DNA from: Candidatus Micrarchaeota archaeon
GTDB lineage: Archaea; Micrarchaeota; Micrarchaeia; Norongarragalinales; Norongarragalinaceae
Assembly (NCBI GenBank): GCA_016207165.1
Contig: JACQQD010000008.1
Location: 96,001-160,000, forward strand
DNA: 64,000 nucleotides
Direction of reading: 5' to 3'
Numbering within the stretch: position 1 is the first letter of the stretch; each line of letters opens with the position of its first letter. Positions 19,098 to 26,500 of the stretch are shown one piece after another. The notes under the pieces were generated by a model. It was not told the DNA's origin. It made no database searches and worked only from the letters and a program-made list of their open reading frames with translations. The position numbers were made by a program, and so were the translations under genes.

Positions 19098-19205
19098 TTG
19101 TTCGCCAAGTCCCCGGAGTTCTTCGCCGCGTACCTTTCGGGATTGAAGTTCCAGAAGGACACCGTCACAACCGGGCTTCTGCGTTGCTTGGCTGTGGCCC
19201 GATAG
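19098..19205 (+). repeat. third copy of the 3' end of gene 16632..17084
   Basis: Translates LFAKSPEFFAAYLSGLKFQKDTVTTGLLRCLAVAR*. Confidence 0.92.
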
Positions 19206-19298
19206 TTTTCAAGCGTTTTTCTTTGGCTTTTTGTTGCTACTGCGGGGTGTACTCGCGGCCCGCAGTGTTTAAATAACCGGCTTGTTCTACTAAGAGTC

Positions 19299-20735
19299 AT
19301 GGCTTTCAGGGGTCTTTCCCGGCTTCACTGGGTCGTCTTGGCCATTGTTTTCGTTGCTGGCGCCTTATGGTATCTTTCTTCCACTTCTTCCGCTCCGGTC
19401 CGCGATTTAGGCGGTTCTGCCTCTCCAACCCCTTTGGCTGTTTCCGACCAGACGCTTTCCGGAACCCCAACGCGCATTTCGTATGAGGGTTCCACGGTTT
19501 CGCTTGAACGACACGTTTCCGAGGACGGCAAGACGCATACGTCGGTAGTTGAGAATTTGGGTGAGTCCACGGTGAGCGTGGGCATCATCACGGTTGTTCC
19601 CAAGTCGCTGGCTTCCTCGGCTTCGCAACTGGGGCTTTCAAAAGATGTCGACGTTCTGGAGGACGACCCCATCGTTCTTCGCCTCGTTGACTTGGGTTCC
19701 GGTCAGAACGCGGCTCACAGCATTGTTTTGAAGTCAACGGCTGGACGTGACCGGGGCGTGTACCACATTTTTGTTTTGAATGCTAAGATGTGGTTGAACC
19801 AGTACACGGAGCAATTCGCGGAATTGGTGCAATTGCTGAAGACCTTGCCGGACAACGTTTCCAACGATGAGGCGAACCAGGTTTCGGATGCCTTCAGCCG
19901 TATTCTGAACGGAGACGGTGATCCCGCAGCCCGCATTGTTTCTGCGAAAGAGTACTTGGCGTCCAAGTCCACCGGCGCTGTCACGTTTGCGGTGGACGAG
20001 GACCAGCCGTTCGGCGACGTCCAAATGCAATTGTCTATTGACAACCCCGTTTCCTTGTATGCTTTGCCTTTGTCCAATGAGTTCACCTCGGTGCTGGGTT
20101 TGGGTACGCACTTGGGCGTCCGCCAGGGTTATGCTCACGTGCAAGGCCAAGATTCCGCTTTCGGCGGTCTTGAACCTTCCTATTTGCAGGACTACGTCAA
20201 GTTGGTTCAGACTAAGGACGGCGGTTATGCGTTGTTGGCGGACTTGCAGGCTCCGGCGCGCCAATCCCTGCCGGAATTCTCGGTTTCCGGACGCGCGGAA
20301 CTGTTCTTCTCTGGCCGGCCCAACACGGCTATTTTGGTTCCCATTCGCGTGGACTTGCTGCCGGCCGAGCACTTCGGCGACTCCAGCCTAGACACGCCAT
20401 TTGACTTGATTGCGTACGATTGCGGCGACTTGCAAAACGAGTTGGGCATTGCGGAACACGCGCTTTTGACCAAGGCCGCGCAGGTGGACGAAGTCAACGA
20501 CCAACTGCTTTCAGGAGACCAAGTCACGCTGGTTAGTTCCTTGCGCGTGAACTTGGAGCGTTTTGACGGCTTTCCCGAGGAATGCCAAGGCTTGCCGGAG
20601 ATTTTTGAAGGAATTCCGTTCAAGGCCAGAAAAATCAACGTGGTGACTTACTCTTACAAGGAGGGCGAGGCCACGTGGGAGTTGGTGGAAGAAGAACCAC
20701 CTACTTTTCGGGAAATCGAGGTTTCGGATTCATGA
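19299..20735 (+). CDS. membrane-anchored surface protein (478 aa), paralog of 21814..23574
   Basis: N-terminal TM; PVRDLG, VVPKSLASSASQL and VLEDDPIV are shared with the paralog. Confidence 0.85.
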   Translation: MAFRGLSRLHWVVLAIVFVAGALWYLSSTSSAPVRDLGGSASPTPLAVSDQTLSGTPTRISYEGSTVSLERHVSEDGKTHTSVVENLGESTVSVGIITVVPKSLASSASQLGLSKDVDVLEDDPIVLRLVDLGSGQNAAHSIVLKSTAGRDRGVYHIFVLNAKMWLNQYTEQFAELVQLLKTLPDNVSNDEANQVSDAFSRILNGDGDPAARIVSAKEYLASKSTGAVTFAVDEDQPFGDVQMQLSIDNPVSLYALPLSNEFTSVLGLGTHLGVRQGYAHVQGQDSAFGGLEPSYLQDYVKLVQTKDGGYALLADLQAPARQSLPEFSVSGRAELFFSGRPNTAILVPIRVDLLPAEHFGDSSLDTPFDLIAYDCGDLQNELGIAEHALLTKAAQVDEVNDQLLSGDQVTLVSSLRVNLERFDGFPEECQGLPEIFEGIPFKARKINVVTYSYKEGEATWELVEEEPPTFREIEVSDS

Positions 20736-20772
20736 GTATCTTTTGTAACGAGGGGTTTGGAGGTTGTCGGGT

Positions 20773-21657
20773 ATGACTTGGAAAACGTTTGGAGTATTGG
20801 GTTTGGCTGCCGCACTTTTCTTGACGTTGGGAGCCTTTGTCGTAGGCGCGCCGGGAGGGACGCCCGCGGGCGGTCCTGCGACTCCGAAAATTATCTACTG
20901 TGCGTACAAAAGCCAGTCTTGGCTTCTTGACTCCTCTTTGTTGCAGAAGTATCCAGACGCCTGGTTGGTGGCGAACAACTACATTCGCTATCTGATGAAA
21001 GAAGGTGTCATTGCCGACGGTTCGGTGGGCACTTCGACGTCCGGCGGCGTGTACCATAAGGCTGATTACAACCCGGCTTTTGAAAACCTGTATATTGATT
21101 TGTGTTACCGTTCGGGCGTGACTCAAAATAAACTTAGCCTTATTTCCAGTGAGGAATATGCTGAGCGGGCTTTGGCTGACTTGAAGTCCTTTGCCAAGTC
21201 GAACGTTCGGTCGCAAGCGCTTGATGACGCTTTGACGGATTTCCGCGTATGGGTCAACGATAATTTGGGAAAGGCCAAGACCAAAGTGGTTCGGGGGGCG
21301 CGGGATTTCTGGAATGATTGGTTGGATGCCCAAAAGCGGCTTGCCACTGAGACGAACGAGCAGGCTAAGCGCGTGTTGACCTTGGCTGTCCAAGTCAATA
21401 AAGAAATTGGTGCCAACGAGATGCTGTCTGATAAAGAACAAACCGAAAAGAAGACGCGTGTTGTCGTTATTACCGGTTTGATGACTGAACTTATTAAGAG
21501 CAACCCAGGCATCACGGCTTCAGTAAAGGGCAAGTCGGACAAAGAAATCAAGGACATTTTCTACCGATATTTGCGGGATGAATCGGCCCCGGTAGATTCT
21601 GAAACCGTAAAGTCGCAGTTGCTCGCCCGTCTTACGGGCGGCCTAGTAGCGACTTAG
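20773..21657 (+). CDS. secreted helical hypothetical protein
   Basis: Signal peptide MTWKTFGVLGLAAALFLTLGAFVV. ATG at 20773. Confidence 0.8.
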   Translation: MTWKTFGVLGLAAALFLTLGAFVVGAPGGTPAGGPATPKIIYCAYKSQSWLLDSSLLQKYPDAWLVANNYIRYLMKEGVIADGSVGTSTSGGVYHKADYNPAFENLYIDLCYRSGVTQNKLSLISSEEYAERALADLKSFAKSNVRSQALDDALTDFRVWVNDNLGKAKTKVVRGARDFWNDWLDAQKRLATETNEQAKRVLTLAVQVNKEIGANEMLSDKEQTEKKTRVVVITGLMTELIKSNPGITASVKGKSDKEIKDIFYRYLRDESAPVDSETVKSQLLARLTGGLVAT

Positions 21658-21659
21658 CC

Positions 21660-21692
21660 TTTTCTTTCTTTTTTTCTTTTTCCTTCTTTTTC
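21660..21692 (+). terminator. oligo-T archaeal terminator
   Basis: Long T-rich tract right after the stop codon. Confidence 0.5.
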
Positions 21693-21813
21693 TGATTGGG
21701 TGCGAGCGTAGGCTTTGACTGGTTTCGGTTTGGGGGTTTGAACGGCAGTGGGGGGCGGGAATGCTTGCCGCGTTTGGAACTGTTTTTATTCAGGTTGCGC
21801 CTACTTTTAGCAC

Positions 21814-23574
21814 ATGTCGGACGCCTCTTTTTCGGTTGCATCGGACGGCGAAAAACCGTCGTTGCCGTTAATTGGTTTGGCGGTGTTGGTGGTGTTGGCT
21901 GGCGCCGTAATCTTTTTGTCGCAAAATTCCACCACCCCGTTTCGTGACTTGGGTTCTCCGGCGCCCCCGCAAGCCGCTTCGGTTTCTGGCGTTGTTTCTT
22001 CCACGGAGTCTTTTTCGCTTTCCGGTGCCCAAGTCCGAGTCGATTCCGAGGTCTTCGTGGTTGGCGAACGCATGACGGAAAAAGTGGCTCTTGAAAGTTC
22101 CAGTGCTTGGACGGGTTACTTCGTGGAAGTGATTCCCAAAGAGTTTGCGGCTTCGGCTTCAAAATTGGATTTGAATGGATATTCGGACGTCCAAGTTCTG
22201 GAGGATGACCCCGTGATTGCCGTTCCCATCGTGCTTTCGCCTGGTAGCCCGGTTTCGTTGTCGAAAACCGGTTCCAGCACCAATCTCCGCTTGCTTCACT
22301 TCCTGGTTTCGGACGACGCGCTGTCGTCGGATGCGTCCGAGCGGAAAGAACAGCTCAGGCAAATTGCGGCGGCGTTTGGCGCGTTGGACTTCGAGCAGTT
22401 GCTGGTGTTCACCGGAAGTGACATTGAGGCGTTTCAAGGGGATGTTTCGGGTTTGTTGAGCGATTCGTCGAAGACTTTTCCGGAGCGCGTGGCCGCGTTG
22501 AAAGGGAAAGTCTCGGCGCAGACGTCGTCGGAGAACGTGGAAGCTGCTTTGAAGAGAAGCGAGAACAAGATTTACTTGGAACTCAATCCGTATGCGCCTT
22601 CTTCGACGTACCGGTTGCCCGTGGTTTCGACGCGAGGCTCTGTCGAATTGACCCGCAATGCGTTTGCGCCTTTGTTGAAAGTGTCTGGGTTGGACGTGCC
22701 CCGGCTTGAGACGAACGTCGGTTTTTCCCAAAGCGTTGAGACCGATCCGTGGCTTGTCGAGGTGGCCGTCGACGCGTCTCGGGTTGAAACTTCAGGGGGC
22801 AAACTGGTTCTGGACGGCGAGCCATTGATCAACGCATTGGGGTCTTTGGATGTGCAATTCACCCAGGAATTGGACGTCAAGCAAAGCATTCCGTTTTTGG
22901 TTGAGTTCACGCAGCCGCCGGTTGCCGATTACTTGGCGTTTTATGTTCCCGCCATTTATTACGGGTCCACTGACGTGCCCTTCTTGATGAGAAACGACGC
23001 ATCCATGGATTTCCAAGTCAGCGTGTGCGGTCAAGAACAAATTTTGTCTGCTGAAACTTGGCAAGTTCTTTACGTGTCTCCGGAAAAAATCGACGACTGC
23101 CAAATCACGCAGGGAACGGAAACCCTGGTCTTGGGCGGAAAGACGGGGTTGACGGCGATGCCGGTTCGCGTGGATTTGTCCAAAGAGGATTATTCGCCGG
23201 ATGTCAAGGCGGCTTTGTCTGGGAATGGATACTTGTTCCACCGGTATGCCGTGCCGCTTTCCGAGTCGCCGTCGGATTACTGCTCCAACCGCTTGTGTAC
23301 CTGCGATGCGGCCGTTGAATCGACCAAGAATTTGGTTCTTCGGGCAACGGAATTGAACCGCCTTTACCAGGCAACGCATGCTTCGACTTTGGTGCTTTTG
23401 GATTCGACGGAAGCCGGTTGTGAATACGAATTTTCGGAGGATGGGCGACTTTCGCTTGAACCCGGTCTAAATGTCGTCCAAGCCACTTTTTCCGAATCCA
23501 ATGCGCACGACCAGCCATTCACCGTCGTGGTTTCAACTGAAAAAATAAAGGGCGGGTTCTTCGGGGCGGACTAA
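21814..23574 (+). CDS. membrane-anchored surface protein (586 aa)
   Basis: N-terminal TM; PFRDLG, VIPKEFAASASKL, VLEDDPVI; C-terminal CSNRLCTCD. Confidence 0.85.
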   Translation: MSDASFSVASDGEKPSLPLIGLAVLVVLAGAVIFLSQNSTTPFRDLGSPAPPQAASVSGVVSSTESFSLSGAQVRVDSEVFVVGERMTEKVALESSSAWTGYFVEVIPKEFAASASKLDLNGYSDVQVLEDDPVIAVPIVLSPGSPVSLSKTGSSTNLRLLHFLVSDDALSSDASERKEQLRQIAAAFGALDFEQLLVFTGSDIEAFQGDVSGLLSDSSKTFPERVAALKGKVSAQTSSENVEAALKRSENKIYLELNPYAPSSTYRLPVVSTRGSVELTRNAFAPLLKVSGLDVPRLETNVGFSQSVETDPWLVEVAVDASRVETSGGKLVLDGEPLINALGSLDVQFTQELDVKQSIPFLVEFTQPPVADYLAFYVPAIYYGSTDVPFLMRNDASMDFQVSVCGQEQILSAETWQVLYVSPEKIDDCQITQGTETLVLGGKTGLTAMPVRVDLSKEDYSPDVKAALSGNGYLFHRYAVPLSESPSDYCSNRLCTCDAAVESTKNLVLRATELNRLYQATHASTLVLLDSTEAGCEYEFSEDGRLSLEPGLNVVQATFSESNAHDQPFTVVVSTEKIKGGFFGAD

Positions 23575-23577
23575 TCC

Positions 23578-26500
23578 ATGCGTTTTTTTGTCTTCATTGT
23601 TTTCCTGGTGTTGGCGGGTTTGGCTTCATCCGCCGCCTTTGACTTGGCCAACCAACCCAAAGTCAGCGTATACATCGGCTCGGATGCGTCCGTTCCCCAT
23701 GCTTCCGGCGGGGCTTCGTACGCGTTTCGTTTGGCCGGCCCCGCCGTGGTCGGACCCAAGGGGATTGAGGCCAAAATCCAGGCCACGCGTTCCGGCCAAG
23801 CCGAGTGTCCCGGTACAATCAAGGTCAACACGCAGGAGCAATACGCGTGCAACACGGTGTGCATTCGGTTGATTGGCTACCGGACGCAAGCCGCCATTGA
23901 TGCGGACAGCGCTTCCGGTCAACAACCTCTTTCCCAAGAGGACGCCATCGGCGAGCACGCTTTCATGCAAATAGGTTTGAAGTCATCGGATGGCTCGTGT
24001 AATGTCGCGCCGACGGCCGCGGATGTCCAGGCCCTCGCGCAATCGTCGTCGAAAATGACTCCTGAAGAGCAGGCCCGCGCAAGCCAATCCATTTCCGGCG
24101 GCTATCACCGCTTCCTGAAAGACGTTTCAATCGATGTGGCGTTGCTGGCTGGCATCCGCTTCAAGCGGGCGACGCCGCAATACTTGGAGCACCCCCGTGA
24201 ATTGACGGACTTGATGGCCAGCTTACACAAAGTGGAATACCTCGTCTTTCATGCCCCGACGTTTTTGGGCGTCCGCGATACCGTGGAACAATCCCAACTC
24301 GCGATTCGCGCGAATTCCGTGGAGTTGGCGTCAAGCGCCATTGCCTCCTGCGGCGCTCATCCCGCCTTTTTGGAGGAGTTTTCCGTGAATGGTTATGGGC
24401 CCAGTTCACTGTTTTCCGTTGGCCCCTCCGATGAATGGATTCGCTCGTCGTACAAGACGGCGGCTTCCTTGGATGAAGCCAAACAATTTCTTTCCTGCAT
24501 CGGGCAAATCAAGGGCGAAAAGGGGTACTTCTTTTTCGACCGGAAAATTGACCCCAAGACCATCACGCGCGCCTTGGAGGATCCAGGGTACACGTTTTTG
24601 ACGGAGTACGACAAGTCCCGCCGGCAGGAAGGCAACCTGGATGTGACGCAAGCGGACCGCGTGGTTTTCGCCTACGAATTTGGCAAGTACCTGTATACGC
24701 AGAAAGAGGACGCCGACGCCATCAACGTGCTTTCCGCCGCGATTCTGGAAGCCGAGCGGTTGCGCATTCCCAACGTGGTTCACCCTCAAAGCGGTTTGGG
24801 ACTCCAGAAAGACGCGTTTGACACCATCAACGCCGTTTTGGCGCGGCAGGGCCGGGAACCCATGGCGACGCTGGGCGGTTGCCTCAACGGCTTCTTGAAT
24901 CCGCTTATCATCCTAAAACCTCTTCAGTTGCTCAAGATAGGTGCCAAGACCGGCGCCGTCATGTCTGCGGGCGGCCGCGTCATCCACTTGGGCTTTGCTT
25001 TACAAGGCGGTCAGCAACTCATTGGCGCGGCCCAAACCGCGCAGGAGTCGGCTTTGGACTCCACCATTTCGGGTGTGTGCGGGACGGTCATGTTTTTTGG
25101 CGGCCTGAAAGCGGGTCTGACGCGAGCCCCCGCGGCGTCTACGGAAATGGTTCGAACGCCTGAGACAGGCAAATGGGTGTCGCGTCCGGTCATTGGAGGC
25201 TCCAAGGCGGCGTCGGCGCGTGCCTTGGTCTTGAACAAGGAATTGGCGGATACCCCGGTTGAGTTGGTTGTACAACGCTTCACCAAGTTTTCAAGCCAGC
25301 TTAAACCCGGTGAATCCGCTGGAGAGTTTTTTGTGCGGTTGACGGTGAAAGGCAAAGAATTGACTATTCGCGTCACGCCCGAAAACCATCGAGCCGTTTT
25401 GGCGGACGTGTTGCACATAAAGGCGACGCTGGCCATGGAAAAAGCAGACGCCGCCCAGTTTTCTCCCAGTTCCATCAAGGAGTTCCAGCAGGCGCTCTCG
25501 GAATTGTCGAAAGTGGATTCGGAGAAGGCATCATTCTACAACGAGTTCAATTTCCAGTTGAATGAACTGCTGAACGCCAAATCGAAGGAGGCCAAGCAGT
25601 CCATCCAGGAAAAACTCATCGGTTTGGTCTTCCAGCTATCCAAGCCTGAAAATAATCCCGCCAAGCAGCGCATCACGTTCTTGCAAGCGTTGCCTTCCGG
25701 CAAAGCCCAGACTCTGGATGGCTTGACCCCTGCCCAACCCCCTGGAACCGCTCAGCCCAGCGATCGCCGGACCCTCACGGAGCGCTTGCAAGCCGCGACG
25801 GAACTCTTCAAGAAGGCGAAAGAAAAGTTCGGCCGCAGCCTTTCGCGCGTGAAACAGTTCTTTTCGTTCAAGGACGGCCGGAGGATTGAAGTTCCGGAAG
25901 AGGCGTCCAGCCAAATCGCGGACGCCCACGTGGCGGCGTCGGCGACCGGCGAAGCCCAACAAGTCGTTGTTGAGGTTTTGGTGAACGGAAAGAAGCAGAA
26001 CATGCCGGTGTTTGTTCGCCCTGGCGGAAAATTTTTGTCGATTGAGGAAATCAAGCAAGTGGCCAAAGACGGGAAAACCACGATTGCGGGAGTAGTTCGA
26101 CTCGGGGAATTGGTCGTTTTTGATACCCGCCCCCAGAACCTGCGCTTTTTGCAAACTATTCGCCTCAATGACCTGCTTTCCGACTCCAGGCCCCTGCCTG
26201 CTCTTCGTGAATCGGTTACGGCGTTGGCGGATGCCGAAACCCTGTCAACTGATCCTTCAAGCGCCGGCAAGTCAACTCGTCCAGGTGACGCCGTCCAATT
26301 GCCTGAAACCCGCTGGAAGGATGCGTTGACGCGTCTGGGGTTAAGGCGAAATGGAAAATATGATGCCTACTACTTGGTTGAAGGTGCGGCGTTGCGGAAT
26401 GGGGTTCCCCTCCGTTTCGAAGTGACTGGATCCGACAACCACGTCGGTTTTCTGGTTTTGAAAATCATCCGGAACAAAATTCCGGAAAGCATTCGCGACG

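Noticed and set aside
16972-19205. CRISPR array or DGR template/variable repeats
   Set aside because: The repeats are ~105 bp coding tails spaced by 1-kb gene cassettes. Differences are not adenine-specific, and no cas gene or reverse transcriptase is in the window.
19237-19267. ACTGCGGG/CCCGCAGT hairpin after the third repeat as a recombination site
   Set aside because: It is not present after copies 1 or 2. More simply an isolated intergenic hairpin.
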